Shown in pieces: positions 1-13,887 of a DNA stretch of 64,000 nt (the first letter of the stretch is position 1; each line of letters opens with the position of its first letter). The position numbers and the translations under genes were made by a program. Under the pieces are notes generated by a model. It saw only the letters and a list, made by a program, of their open reading frames with translations, made no database searches and was not told the origin of the DNA. Source of the DNA: Phoronis australis (lineage: Eukaryota > Animalia > Phoronida); the NCBI GenBank assembly GCA_002633005.1, contig NMRA01000035.1, positions 719,260-783,259 on the forward strand. The letters are read 5' to 3'.

Positions 1-314
1 GTAACAGAAATGGAATGTTATCAGGCTAAGCAATATTACGAGACTGCCTAACTGGATTTTTGTTTTTAGATAGTTAAACAGCGAGAAATACAGCTTTAAA
101 TAAAATCTAGGAACTGGCATTATCATAAAACAAAGCAATGCTGTTGGATGATGGTTTTTTCTTTGGAGGTCACCAGAAAGTTATTACAATGCCATGCACC
201 CAATGGGTGTGTATCTTGTGAACTTTGTGTCCGTCACAATAAAGTTGCACCAGCGTCATAAAAATGAAGTCAAACGTGAACCCTAATATTTACATAAATG
301 AGCAAATTACTTAC

Positions 315-405
315 ATAATTTATAAGCCTTATTAATGGCCTGTATTTCGCCATTGGATCTCGTACACAGTATCTCAATAAGACAATCTTCGTCAGTACCC
401 AAGCC
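315..405 (-). CDS. ANXA7: Annexin exon 8 ([30 protein letters not shown]); gene continues beyond the window start
   Basis: Repeat-2 GxGTDE motif; 91-nt exon; donor gtaagt. Confidence 0.96.
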
Positions 406-428
406 CTGAAATCGGATGTCACATTTTT

Positions 429-465
429 GTAGTAGTAGTAGAAGTAGTAGTAGTAGTAGTAGTAG
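429..465 (+). repeat. (GTA)n microsatellite
   Basis: Directly visible. Confidence 0.9.
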
Positions 466-694
466 CACTAGTGTGTTTATTTTATGTCATATAAAATACA
501 AGAAAATCCAATACTGAATTAGGGAAGGCCCTGCAAAGAATTTTACAGCCTGCTGACTCCAAGATAAAGAAATGTTATGGGTACCATGAAAATATATCTC
601 AATTACTACGACAGGTGAACATTAGACAAAGAAATCCACAAAGGTTGACAATTACTTTAAAAATATTTTACCCAAAAACCATTTTCTTATTTAC

Positions 695-808
695 CGCCAT
701 AGCTCTGTAGAGTTCCTTGGCATCGTACTCATCAGGTGGCGCCATTAACGCTATGACAACCTCTTCGTATAAGCCTCCCAGTTCACTCTTCAAGTCTTTG
801 ATCAAATC
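695..808 (-). CDS. ANXA7: Annexin exon 7 (DLIKDLKSELGGLYEEVVIALMAPPDEYDAKELYRAMA)
   Basis: DLKSEL annexin motif; 114-nt exon; AG/GT boundaries. Confidence 0.96.
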
Positions 809-2397
809 CTAACACATGAAACAACTCACTGTCAAAGTGGAAGTGGCTTCAGCTATTAACTCCAACAAATATTAACAAGAATGGCCTTATAAGCAAGAAA
901 CATGCAAATATTCTTCATAATGAAATAACAAATGCAATGACAGAAACTTCCAGTTTGAAATTTCAATAAAACACAAAAGCTACTATAATCTTGCCCTCTT
1001 TCAAAAACCCGTAACTTTTAATTTTGATTACTAACCACCTTTGCTATAAAACTGCTTTCAACTTGTTGCTCTTTCCTAAGATTACAGGCGACCTCTGGTG
1101 TCTGCTTCTTAAGACAGAAATTCAGTCTCACACTCCCACTTCAAAAATGCTAAATAAAGGTTTAGATAAGCAACTGAGAACACATCATTGTTTAGAAATG
1201 ATTTACAGAAATTCTTAGAGACTGCGCTTTTGCTCAATTGAGATTTGAATACTGCTCAGAAATGCTTGGGCAGCGTGTAACTCCGAACTTCTGACTAATG
1301 TAAGTCTACAGTTATTTTTCATAAAACAGATCCCTGGTCTTGGAAATAATTGACAGTACAATATTGCTCAAGGCCATGACTGAAGCATACTCATCGGATC
1401 AAGACAACCTACTGAGCAAAGACTGGAGCAATACAAAATTTCCATTCATTTCAAGATTGCTTCTTATTCATTTATATCTTTGTTAGTTTCTGTGATCGAT
1501 AATAGGTGTCACCGTATCTTATATTTCCTTGATGCTTAAATTATTAACACATGCGGCTAGTCATTCCTGTGGTGCATTGTGTTTTTCAAATTAAGGTTTT
1601 ATTACTTTAGCTTTGTGCCTCACAATGAACAAACGTTTGCTCGAAGATCAAGAATTAATACATCAAATGTTCAATCTGTATAGTTGACCACGTCTGCCAT
1701 TGGTCAGTTACTCAGTGGATAAAACCTAGATTACGACGCTTTATTTCATCTTCTGGAACGAGTGAATATAAGAAGTTTCAAGATTCTAGAACACAAACCC
1801 CAACTCAATAGAATGTCGTCATCCTATGACATCCAGCTATTCACACAGTTTCTGTAATTTTCCCGACATATGTTTTGCATGTTGTGTGTATTCATTCTAA
1901 TGATAATACAGCTCAGTGGAAGTTGTGAAACGTCGAGTACTTGTAATAAAGATGGAATTCTTTATTCACCTCTTTCACGAACGCGGGGCGCTGCTGTCGT
2001 GTTGATCGAAAACGAGGCGCCTTGACAAACATGGCATCGTCCTGCAAGGTGTTGTGGTCAAAAGACTTATCAACGTTACCAAAAATCAAGTTGTCTGATG
2101 TTGAATCGATCTCCAAAAACATACCAATACTTACGGCAACTAGACTTTTACCCTCCTCAGCCATTCCTTAGTAGTTTTCCCTCTTTTGAAAAAGTGTGGA
2201 AGTCAGGGATATACCCAGGCTTTTAGTCTTGAAAAACCCTACTCGCCAGCTGGGCGAGTGCCGGAGCCCGGCAGAAAATCTACTCGCCAAGCCCGAAGTT
2301 CGGTCACCCGGCCGTTGGCGCCAGTCACTACAAACTTGCTGCTAATTTAAATAAAAATCATCGTTTCGTGCACTGATGTCACCATCTATTAGGGCTA

Positions 2398-2725
2398 CCG
2401 TATTCGCTCTAATAAGCGCTCAGGGAGACTCTTTTTGTAGCCTACGGCAGTTAAAACCTGGTCTCCGAAACGGGTGAAATCGGAAGCTAGGATTCATCAA
2501 ATTTACGCGCTGTGAAGTATGTGTAACCTATGACAGACTAGCTACAAAACTGTGGTGCATTGCTATCAAACTTTGTTGTTAAATTACGATCTATTTAAAA
2601 AAATGTGCTGAAATCCCAGGGCGAAAACTTGCCGACTGATGCGTCGCTGCTTAGCGATCGTCGATAGGACAACTTGAATTCTTGAGTAAAAATAGTTTCG
2701 ACTCAAATTAACTGAAATCCTCCCA
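2398..2725 (-). mobile_element. Truncated Tc2/pogo-like MITE end, related to 27662-29087
   Basis: ta+CCGTATTCGCTCTAATAAGCGC terminus; internal stretches (aaactttgttg, aaatcccagggcgaaaact, gtttcgactcaa) match the reverse complement of ~28790-28910. Confidence 0.75.
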
Positions 2726-2731
2726 AATAGC

Positions 2732-3620
2732 CTTTCCTAAGATTNTACAGGCGACCTCTGGTGTCTGCTTCTTAAGACAGAAATTCAGTCCCACACTCCC
2801 ACTTCAAAAATGCTAAATAAAGGTTTAGATAAGCAACTGAGAACACATCATAGTTTAGAAATGATTTATAGAAATTCTTAGAGACTGCGCTTTTGCTCAA
2901 TTGAGATTTGAATACTGCTCAGAAATGCTTGAGCAGCGTGTAACTCCAAACTTCTGACTAATGTACTAAGTCTACAGTTATTTTTCATGAAGCAGATCCC
3001 TGGTCTTGGAAATAACTGACAGTACAATATTGCTCAAGGCCATGCTTGAAGCATACTCATTGGATCAAGACAACCTACTGAGCAAAAACTGGAGCAATAC
3101 AAAATTTCCATTCATTTCAAGATTGCTTCTTATTCATTTATACCTTTGTTAGTTTCTGTGATCGATAATAGGTGTCACCGTATCTTATATTTCCTTGATG
3201 CTTAAATTATTAACACATGCGGCTATTCATTCCTGTGGTGCATTGTGTTTTTCAAATTAAGGTTTTATTACTTTAGCTTTGTGCCTCACGTTTGTTCGAA
3301 GGTCAAGAATTAATACATCAAATGGTCAATCTGTATAGTTGACCACGTCTGCCATTGGTCAGTTACTCAGTGGATAAAACCTAGATTACGACGCTTTATT
3401 TCATCTGCTGGAGCGAGTGAATATAAGAAGTTTCAAAGTTCTAGAACACAAACTCCAACTCAATAGAATGTCGTCACCCTATGACATCCAGCTATTCACA
3501 TAATCTCTGTAATTTTCCCGCCAAATGTTTTGCATGTTGTGTGTATTCATTCTAATGATAATACAGCTCAGAGGAAGTTGTGAAACGTCGAGTACTTGTA
3601 ATATAGATGGCATTCTTTAT
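2732..3620 (+). repeat. Near-identical duplicate of 1071-1965 (annexin intron)
   Basis: Direct repeat with a single N at 2745; the copies are separated by transposon fragments. Confidence 0.9.
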
Positions 3621-4682
3621 AACCTTGATCATCAATTTTACTCTCCAGTACTACTTCTCATTACATTTTCAGCAAAACATGCTTCTAATCTGAGTAAGGA
3701 AATTTTTAGACAAATTTTGTAAAGGTAAGTGGTCTAAATTATTACATGGAGAGGCCCCAGAGACTCAACTAAATTCACTAAATGCTCTGCATATCTGTGT
3801 CTTTGTTTACTCAAAAATATAGCGTTATTACTTAATCTTTTTTCCAAGCTCTTCTTTTACTAATGACATTTTCTAATTATTTATTTGAAAACTGAGCCCT
3901 TGTTTCAATGCAAATAAATTGGGTCCTTTTCATGCAGGGCACCCCCAGAATAGATTTCTTTTTAATGGCAAGATACAATTTGACACGTCTCAAAATTTTT
4001 AAAATGTCACAAGGAAGTCTCAATTGTCACAGCTTTTTGGTGCTTTTTGCATGGATAAGTCGCATCAACTTTGCTTTCGACACATATGTGAGACACAATA
4101 TTCGTCACTGATAACAATGAATTCCATAATTTTATATTTTGTGAAAAAATGAACCACCACTACATGCACCATAAAATAACTGTAAATCCAACAAAACACT
4201 AACACTAAATATGTGGCACGTAATTCTCAAAATATCACAAAACGTCACAGAATTTCATACAAATTTTGTCCCAGAATGTCACACCGTCACAGGGAATCCA
4301 TTCTCTGCGCCCCTAATATAAGGGCTAAGTCTTTCATTAATATTTTGAATTCAGTATAGTGTTTACTGTCACCATGTATTATAAGCCAAAAATCAACTCA
4401 GTAATCACAATAATATAGCATTCAAAAATACCATAAGTGTAAAGCACAAGTAAACTAAAAATGCAGTGAAATGTTAAGGAACATATTCAAGTCCCACTTT
4501 GGGACTGGATCCTATAACCACGTAAAGGAGACCTGATTAAGTGAAGTCTAAAAAGTTTCATAATGATTTCATTTGACCAGCAGGCAATATATATACATAT
4601 ACATATATATATTATATGCTTAATCATACTGCCAATAACAGACATATAGATTTATGGTAGCATACTCATTTTTGGCGTTTAC

Positions 4683-4777
4683 CTTTCCAAACATAGTCTT
4701 GAATTTAAGCAGAATCTCTTGCCTCTGTGAGTTGGTCCTGTGGGCCAGAATGTCTGTAATAGCCTTCTCATCAGTTC
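4683..4777 (-). CDS. ANXA7: Annexin exon 6 ([32 protein letters not shown])
   Basis: GTDE endonexin motif; 95-nt exon size conserved in annexins; AG/GT boundaries. Confidence 0.96.
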
Positions 4778-5055
4778 CTGCAAAACGAGTTTCTGTCAAG
4801 CAGAGTGTCGAGTGATGGCACTGCAGTGAATTATCCCAACAGATTTCATCGAATAACGTTTAAAGCTCTCCGACGTAAACATATAAAAGCACATACTCTC
4901 AGAATCCTCAAAGACTGAAAATCTTAATTCATGCATATTAAAATAGTTTATGCAATTGTACATGTACAACATACTGTATTTTTGTTTCATGTGACTTGTA
5001 AATATTTATGCTAGAGCAAACTAAAATCTGAACCTCAAAAAATGTATTAAAGGAG

Positions 5056-5349
5056 CTCAGATACAAGCAAAAGTATTTCCTACACATTTAGCTCTCGTCC
5101 ACCATGGGCGGAGGACTTCGTCAGAATGACAATGACTTCCTACACAGATGGCACACGCACAGTCAGCACCCGATCATAGATATGTGGCAACTTAATACCA
5201 ACACCCCTGTTTATAGTGGGGGCACTGAGTTCCCAAACATCTACGATCGGGTGCCACCTGTGTAGGAAGTCAGTGTCATTTTCACGAAGTCCTCCACCTG
5301 TGGTGGACGAAAGCTAAATGGGTAAGAACTACTTTTGCTCGTGTCTGAG
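5056..5349. mobile_element. Foldback MITE (near-perfect long hairpin)
   Basis: Arms of ~110-130 nt are reverse complements (ctcagatacaagcaaaagta...gtccacca...ggaggacttcgt / acgaagtcctcc...tggtggac...tacttttgctcgtgtctgag). Confidence 0.85.
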
Positions 5350-5442
5350 AAGCTTTGCAACAATGCAACACCAAGCTGATAAACTATCGTAGACTGAAAA
5401 AATATGAACTCAAATTAATCCTACCTCACAAACAATACCTAC

Positions 5443-5524
5443 CAAGACCCTTCATTGCTTTCCTCAATTTATTGGCATCATCTTCTGCGTTAAATGGCGA
5501 GTGTGGCTTCACAGTTCCTTTATT
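5443..5524 (-). CDS. ANXA7: Annexin exon 5 ([27 protein letters not shown])
   Basis: Start of annexin repeat 1 (LRKAMKGLG motif); AG/GT boundaries; 82 nt. Confidence 0.95.
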
Positions 5525-6298
5525 CTAAAAGGACAAGAAAATACAAACCATTCTTACTTTCACAAAGCAGTTACGTCTGAAACAAACAATTCTATGCTTA
5601 CAAAATTGCGTGAATGAACCAATCATGAATTTTATAATACAACCATTTTCACATCCCTTCTTTCATCGTAATAAAAATTTCAAAAAGATTTCATACTTTT
5701 TTCTACACAAGCTTTTCGCTGATAAATTCATTGACGACAAGAAGTACTTACTTACCTTGAGTGTAGAATTTCAGGTTGAACTGAATGCTAACTATAATAA
5801 CTACAATTGATGACTACATTAAAATAATTAAATCCAAAAACAATTGTGGAAATTTCCATTAATTAAAGCTTTTTTCCGGGTGTTTTCTGGAAAATTTATG
5901 GCACTTCACAAACAGTGCCTTTTGGAAATGGATGATTCACTTCATTGGAAATTCACAGAATTCTGAAACAAACTGTCAAGCTACGTATTTACCTAGGCCT
6001 GATTACGAGCGAGTTGCTAAACCTTGGGAAGGTGGGGTAAACAGTCAGTTCAGTGTCATCTCCAGAAATGCTCTCCATCATCTCATTCTTGAGGAAGTTT
6101 TGTCTTAGACAACAACTTGTCTGAACACAGCTCACCAAACTAACCTTACTACACTCATATTCACGATATCGTTCCATTTTATTGTGATTTATTTGCATGC
6201 ATACATTTCTAATTGGGAGACCAAAGTTCTAAAATGAAGAAGCCACCCAGATTGAATGACATAAACATACAATCTTTTCAATAAAAAACATAATTTAC

Positions 6299-6543
6299 CT
6301 CCGGTTTCAAACTCATGTTCTGCATAGCTGCTGTGGGTGGTGCATGTGATCGCATACTCGCTGCATGACCACCTGAAGGGTAACCAGCACTGCCACTAGG
6401 GGGAGCTGCATAGCCACCTGCAGGATAGCCACCTCCACCACTTGGGGGAGCTGTAGCCCCAGGGTAACTGCCAGCTGGCTGAGGTGGGTAACCTCTTCCT
6501 GGGGCAGACGGTGGGGCATAACTTTGCTGAGGTGCTCCATATG
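6299..6543 (-). CDS. ANXA7: Annexin A7/A11-like exon 4 (AYGAPQQSYAPP...MQNMSLKPE)
   Basis: Acceptor atttcag and donor gtaaat; 245 nt; lies within ORF 6278-6586. Confidence 0.9.
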
Positions 6544-6623
6544 CTGAAATCAATAACTGAATGTTAAGTTGAAGGACTATGAACATGTAACTTTTAAACT
6601 AGCATGGAAATATGGATTTATGG

Positions 6624-6878
6624 ATTGCAAACATTTTTAAGTCTGGTCTGCATGCCACTTGTTGGCCACATCACGTGACCAAAGACTGATCAGATTTCTG
6701 TGATTGACTGGTGGTCATGATGACCCAGTGGACTAGAGAATCTGCACGGTTAGCAGAAGGTCCCAGGTTCGAGTCCTGGTCGGGGCAGAAATCTTTTCAG
6801 ACTAATGTCTTATATTCATTAGGACACATCATGTGTCCAACAGGTGTCGTGCACACCAGAATTAAAAATGTTTGCGAT
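6624..6878. mobile_element. MITE with ~54-bp imperfect TIRs carrying an internal tRNA-like module
   Basis: Left arm attgcaaacatttttaagtctggtctgcatgccacttgttggccacatcacgtg; right-arm reverse complement atcgcaaacatttttaattctggtgtgcacgacacctgttggacacatgatgtg. Confidence 0.8.
6714..6787 (+). pseudogene. tRNA-like sequence (pseudo-tRNA / SINE head)
   Basis: A-box-like TGACCCAGTGG; stem TCTGC/GCAGA with non-canonical loop ACGGTTA; variable loop AGGTC; perfect T-arm CCAGG-TTCGAGT-CCTGG; weak acceptor and D stems. Confidence 0.75.
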
Positions 6879-7236
6879 TAGTTTGAGGTCATACAATATT
6901 TGAGATTTGTAAATCTGAGTGCTTAAAAAATGTAAACGTATTCAATATTGTATCTTCATGATTTAAAAAGCCTTATTACATACGCCTAAGGTGAAAACAA
7001 ATGACAGAGGTGTCTTAATGATGATGAGAAGAAAACACGAAAAATCCATTCTGTATAATCTTCATCTCCGAAAGTGACTAAGTTTAATGCATGACTAAAT
7101 AAAAATAAATGCTTCTTTTTTAGCACATCTCACTCTTGCAGCACAAAGCAAGTTGACAAAGTTGGAAATCTCATTTCTACCGCTATTATAACTTCTGATC
7201 TCAAAGCGTATTGTATGGCATAGTAATCTGTATTAC

Positions 7237-7408
7237 CAGACGTGCTTGTAGGGTATCCAGGCTGAGCAGCGGGAGGCGGGTACCCAGCTTGTGGCTGTGC
7301 TGGTGGATATCCTGGCTGAGACGGCGGATAGCCTGCTGCAGGGGGGTACTGTGGTGTGGGTGTGTTGTATGAGGCTTGTGTAGGCGGATACCCTCCTGGG
7401 GCAGAATT
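7237..7408 (-). CDS. ANXA7: Annexin A7/A11-like exon 3 (NSAPGGYPPTQ...PGYPTSTS)
   Basis: Acceptor gttttag and donor gtaata; 172 nt; GYPP repeats; phase fits both flanking exons. Confidence 0.88.
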
Positions 7409-10361
7409 CTAAAACATTAATGAGCATTTTAAGAAGTCATAAAAGTATACCGTACATGACGTAATTGAATAACACTTTGATGAAGATGACAACATCTCAT
7501 TAAAACAATAAGTTACTTGACTTTTGCTTACAAATGGTATTTAGTTTACTAAATATATTAGTGTGAGCATATGGACCCGTTTTGCTACTTTCCCCCCTTA
7601 TTCATCGTTTTGGACCAGTCCACCAAGTCCTTTGAGCAGGACTGCACGTTGCGTTCCCAGTTCCCAACCTTCTCATTGGACTATGTTATCACGTGTCTCG
7701 AGTTTGGTCAGCTTTTAGTTTAATCTTATGTTTCAGTTCAACTTCTTTGTGAAGGCCACATCAACGTGCATTCTCAAACTTATCCATTTTTACCCTCCCC
7801 ATTTCTCCGTTTTTATTGTACTTCTGTGTGGCAAGCGCTTTTTATTGCCCATCTTTCCAGAGATCATTATTTTTTAATTATTTATATCGTATTCTCTATC
7901 CCTTGTAATTGTATTTGTCGCTAATAAATGACCTTATATCGCCTACCTCGGTCTCCTTTTCTTCTCTGTTATTGACTTTGTCACGCACGTATCACTTAAT
8001 GTTTTATTCAGGAAATATGTCGATCATAAAAAACAGATCTTCCAATTAAGAGCTACACGCTTAGTACTCAAACATTGGCCCATATTGACTGTGATGAATA
8101 CAATACCACTAAAATATCAACAGCAACAGTACCAATTTACTTGTCCGTTTTAAGCAAATTTGGGTACATGAAATGGGACGCAAAGGGACAGTCGCTCCCC
8201 TCACTTTTTTATAGCCAGGGACGCATCCCCTCAACAGAATTTATTTCTACGTTGGTGTTATCAAAATTAAAGTAAATTTCATACTGTGTTTCATTTCGTC
8301 AGAAACAATGGATTTTGTTACAAAACTAAAAGCCATTGTCCAATAGCATCTTTGTTCGTGTTTATTTTCTATATTCTCCAACTACATTTCCTAGAACTAC
8401 ACCACTGATCTTCAACACCCTAAATATGCACCACACCTGGTATTCACCCTATTTTGAGAACATTGCCATGCTCAGCAATATATTGACGAAAGGCAGCACG
8501 GGTTTATGTAGTGAGCCTTTGCCTTTACGCGTCAGTTTGTCCAACTGGGTTAAAGTTCGATGCAGCACAGTAAAAAACTCATTTTTTGAGGCCAACTTAA
8601 AAAAATAATTGCAGGCCTCTCAGGTGACCCATTGCACTGATCACCTCAAACAATTCTAATGCTTTATTAAATATGCACTTTAAACCAAGCTGAGGAGCTA
8701 GAGACCTGGCTCACATATACCGCTAAATTTTAGTTTTGTAGAAATATGCTCAGGATTGGCAATAAGGTCCTACATCCTAGTCCCAATTTTGGGGACCACT
8801 TTACATATACATTGGCTGAAGTTCAGATTATAATTTAGAAACAAGCAGCTCTCAGTGAAGTCAAGTCATGAGGTATATGTTGTATTAGAGGTGTACATGC
8901 TATTCAAATAAACAAAATCTAACAGCTTTAAAACTAGTCCTCTAAGATGCTACCCTAGCACATGACAACAGGGTTAACATACATGCAATTTCATAAGGTG
9001 ACCAAAAAATACCATGAGATTAAACAAGTTCCGTGACTTATTCGGGGAAATACGACTTCAAGATTTTTTAAGCTACCACTGCAACCTGCTTCTGTTTGCA
9101 ACACTTGACAAATTGTTCATGTTTCACTGAACATTTGACCGTAATTATTCCTCTTGTTCACCGTTACCTTTCAACAAAATGGCCATTTACAATGGACTTG
9201 TAGAGAAATACACTGGTTGCCATATTTGCCATGTTTGTACATAGCCATAAGTTTTAATGGCAATCTGTAAGGTTCTGTTCTGTTATCAGAGTTCATTACT
9301 GACATTTAACAAGATAATTAGGTTTACACTTGTCTTAATTGCAGACAGCTTCCTTTAGTCACCAATACACAACAATATCAGGAAATCATGAAATATTTTT
9401 CCTTACAACCCAGTTGCCTCATGTACAGTGATGTGATATGTATTTTACAGATTTTTATTGTTTTTTCCCGAAAAAGTGGGTATTCAACTAAAAACTAGTA
9501 GGGAAAATTTAAAGTGGCAAAAACCTATATTTCATCAAAGAAACTAAAAACTGTAGACCATTTACCATGGCAATCACTACATTGTGTTTTAATTTTAACC
9601 TTACAGTTTGTTATTCCTTGAGAACATGCAGCAAATAAAATGACATGCTATGGTGCTATGGTGAGTCAAGTTGTAGAACTTGGTTCTCAACAATAACAAA
9701 CTGTCAGTTCTGCTGGATGCCAGAAATTGCACGATTGAGACAAAAGAACAATTTGAGAGCAATTATTTCATAAATATAACGCATCTCAACACAGAATTGT
9801 TCTTTGTATCTATAGGCGCCGTAAAAATGACATTAAGGTAGAAAGATTATCTATTCACTTTACTATCAAAAATTTTTACTTTAATGGAATTGAAGTCCCC
9901 ACGGCAATTTCAAAGTAAATTTCTTGCTGAATTTGTTGACTAAGACAGAAAACAAAGACTATAATAGAGATTCAAACCCGAGAGATTCACCCACTGTATA
10001 TATTTGTTAGTATTACAAAACTAACTACTTTTCTATGCATATAAGGCTGCCAAGCGTCAGATAACACATTACAGCAACTACTGAGTATCCTTAACAGAAT
10101 AATCTGAAGCAGACTGTTAGTTAATAATCCTGTCCAACATAACTTCAAACGTAAGGTGTATAAACCAAATGTGAATTCACCGGCAAAGACCATCTGATGG
10201 TAATGAACTAGGTAAAGTATTTTTATTACAGGACTCAGCAAGAAGACACTTAATAGACACACTTACAAGTACCAGCACATCATTCCACTCTACAGTTTTG
10301 AGCGGGAGTACTTGACTCCATATCAAATGAATCTTTGACGTGGTCCACTTTTAACATTCCA

Positions 10362-10515
10362 CAGGGCCGGATCCAGGGTTCTTAAAAAGGTGGAGTCGGA
10401 TCAAGGATTTTTCTAAAAGGGGGGTCCAAGTCAACAATTTGAAAATTCTATATTTGATATCATTAAAATCAAGGGGAAGCGGAGGGTCTGGACCCCCTTG
10501 TCCCCTGGATCCACC
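10362..10515. mobile_element. Short MITE of CAGGG..GGATCCAG / CTGGATCC type
   Basis: Termini cagggccggatccagg and cctggatccacct; internal ggggtcc/ggacccc; a related right end lies at ~60135-60168. Confidence 0.6.
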
Positions 10516-13500
10516 TAAGTTCCACCTTTAACACTCAATATGAACACAGGAACTAACTCTAAGAATGAAAACCACAGCAAACTATCATGCATTGCACCCA
10601 ATACAAAAACGCACACACAAACACTGGTGAGTCCACGCTCAACATACCATAGCAGACATATGTGGTTGTGGTGGATATGGAAGGTTATTCTGAAACCAGT
10701 TGCCATGGTAATGAGAGAAATGCTGATGACTAAGGCAATCATCAATCCTCATGAAGTTGTTTCAGACTTCATCAAATAATTTCTAACTGTTTGTTTAGAC
10801 TTAAGCATTGATTGTGTATGAGGCATCTATTTTAAGCAGTTAAAAAATTAGCAAATCTTAAGTGTAAATCTGTTCATATAACAATAACAATGGCAATAAT
10901 AATTATAATTTGTAAGATTAGTAACGTCCTTAGATATTTTAACTTAGAAGTTACAAAAATGATTAACTGATACGGATCCAATGTGATCCATAATTCACAA
11001 ATTGCTGAGCTAAAAATCATGAGGTGAATGTTAATCCGAACATGGGGGCATAGCAATGAAATGTTTGAGATGCCGAGGGTGGGCGTTTACTTGAACGGAT
11101 GATCAAGGAACTATATTGACATTGGACTTCAGGTGCAAGAGTCAATTAAAACATCGGTAGGTTATAAGCTGACAATGTAATAAGGGGCTTAGTGCCCAGA
11201 ATAGAATGGAATGGATTGATCGCCCACAGTTATTAAGTTCAGTAGCATTACCCAGATTCCAGGCTCATTTTTTATGCAGTATATCTTTAAACATTCCAGT
11301 ACCAACTTTATTATGCAAAATGCTTTCACTGTTCTTTGTACACAAATAAGATAATTTTAGAATGCGCATGTATCAAAAGAACCATTTCATTCCTCTTCCA
11401 GTTGAGTTCGCTAAATATTCTCTAATTAGGGACGGTGAAAAATTAATTAGTTTGCTTAAGTTCGGAGTTTGGCCCACCTTCTACGAATAGGCAATATTGG
11501 CCGGCTGTAAGTCAAGAATCCTCAGAAAACACGACAAAATTACCCACTCTGTAGTTTGAAAACGCCTTGCTCGAAACTTCAAAAATATGGTGAACTTAGA
11601 CATCAACCTTGCCCAAATTGCACAATCAAGATAATTCAACATCGTTTTCAAAAATCAGGCACATTTTCGTGTCTCTCATTGATGTCGGGAAGGCAAAGAA
11701 TTTCACATCAACAGGTATTTGTTCAGTTTATCAAACTTTCTCACGCCAAAGTTGCACCCCACAGCACAGCAGCAATACTTTGTTGGCATTTGAAGGACAA
11801 ATAGAGAAATTCAACCGAGAAAAACTTGCAAAGAATCAGACAAATAACACGTGAAACTCCCATGGTATGAAAATGAGGCAGCAAATGTGCCTGACAGATG
11901 TTTACAGCATGGTGGGTAAATACAGCAAGATTCGAGTGTCGCTGTGTAATCCAGGATGTCCCAATTGGACAATTCTTTCCGTAAGTGTATTATATCATCC
12001 AAATAAGGCAAGGACCTGCTGAAAGTGACCGATTTTTTCTTATAGGTGGGTGAGCTATGGAATTTGTGGGCACTTGAATTCAGATGATACAGACATTCAA
12101 ACTGACAAAGCCACTTATACGGAATTGTCGGTGACACAAATTGAGGGCAAGCAAGGACATTTAAAAGAGAAAATTTGGTATGCACATGGTGTGAAGGAGT
12201 GTGTTTCTGAAAGAATCGAATGTCAAAAGGGTGGACTGAGATTCAGCCAATCACATAAGTAGTCCAAGTTTCCCGACATTTGACAAGATCAACACAAACG
12301 ACTTTGCCGATTAGATTTTTCTTTCAATTCTCAAGTAAGTTCAAGAAATAATTATTACTCTTCCATATCAATGCGTCTGAAAATTGTAATGAACCGCAAT
12401 GAAAATTATTGATCTAGATTATAAGTTTATACAATATATTATTATTATTATTAATATTAATGCTTTTGGAAAATTCTTCACCAAAGGTTGGCAATTAACT
12501 TAGTAAACAGCTGCCACTTTGCTCCTTTATAAAGAACGGTCAACAATGAAGAACGTTGTTAAACAATCAAACACGTCCAGCTCAATTAGCCATTTTTACA
12601 ACTTACACATCATTATCATTAAAAATATCCTTATTGTTATCATTATCATCATCATTATTATTACTATATATTCACTTATCAAGTGCTTATTCTTCAATTG
12701 CTTTATCAAAATGGATGCCTCATCCATACACAGATAATGGTTAAGTCTAAATGTAGAATCATACGATATTTATTGATAAGGCACGGTATCAGGGAATTAA
12801 CTTTTTAAGTAATACCGTTATCATTTCCATAATCGTTACCGTTATAGTCTCCATAGTAATACCCATGTTAACAAATTATACGCAAGAAAGACAGAGCATT
12901 GATATGCAGCCACCGAGTGCATCACTAACAGCAATAACACAAAGGGTGATCTATATTTTGGGCATGTCCAAAGGAGGAATGAACACTAGACTAGAACTGC
13001 CACTAGGGAACTTAACAATGGTCGCATGTGGCGAAAAATCAATGTCAGCTATGCAATCTTCAATAGGAAAACTTGTGTGAAACTTCCTGATGATTCCCAA
13101 AGCCAGATAAAGAAATAGAGGCACAAAACAGACAATAAAATGCTCAAATTGTCACTGGGGGAGCCCAGCATAGGTCGAATTCGTCTGAAAATGGACAAAA
13201 TGCACACCTCTCCATAATTCAAGGACACCTGCCAAATTCAATCATAGTCCTTCAAAAAATTAGCAGATACAAAGGCAGACAGAAAAGGTCAAATTGCCGC
13301 AAGGGGCACAGCAGCAGTTGAATCCATTCAAAAGTTGGCGCATGCCGCACTCTTCATAATAGAAACCTAATCGAAAAATTTTCACAAAGATCCCTCATGA
13401 GGTTTGCGAGATAGAGAGGCAGATGTCATACAGAGATGGCAGCAATATGCACTCACATATGAATCTATTCACATATGAATGCACTCACATATGAACAATA

Positions 13501-13707
13501 TGTAGGCGCTATTGTCTTCCAATAATGAAGAGAAACTATTCCAACATTGCCGTACTTAGCCCAGTATAGTTTCATTTAGGCAAACAGTCTACTCAAAAGT
13601 AGAAAATGCAGTGCCTTAATCTAAATATAACATACAATGTTATTTACTCGGCAAGTTTTCCTCAAAATTCCAACACGAATATAAACTCTAGGTACATTTC
13701 AACTTAC

Positions 13708-13887
13708 CCCAAATCCCAGCTGCCCTGGGCCAGTGGGATTTACTGAATATGGCAGACCTCCCGGGGGTCCTCCTCCATAAGGCTGGGGCATTCCACCGGG
13801 CTGGGGCATTCCACCGGGCTGGGGCATTCCACCAGGCTGGGGCATTCCACCCGGCTGGGGCATTCCCCCAGGCTGGGGCATTCCACC
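13708..13887 (-). CDS. ANXA7: Annexin A7/A11-like exon 2, (GGMPQP)x6 repeat exon
   Basis: Acceptor tttttag and donor gtaagt; 180 nt, phase 0-0; open frame GGMPQP...PGQLGFG. Confidence 0.88.

Noticed and set aside
6714-6787. Functional tRNA-Thr(GGT)
   Set aside because: Anticodon loop lacks the conserved Y32/U33 and purine 37, the D-stem and acceptor stem are mismatched, and it sits inside a MITE.
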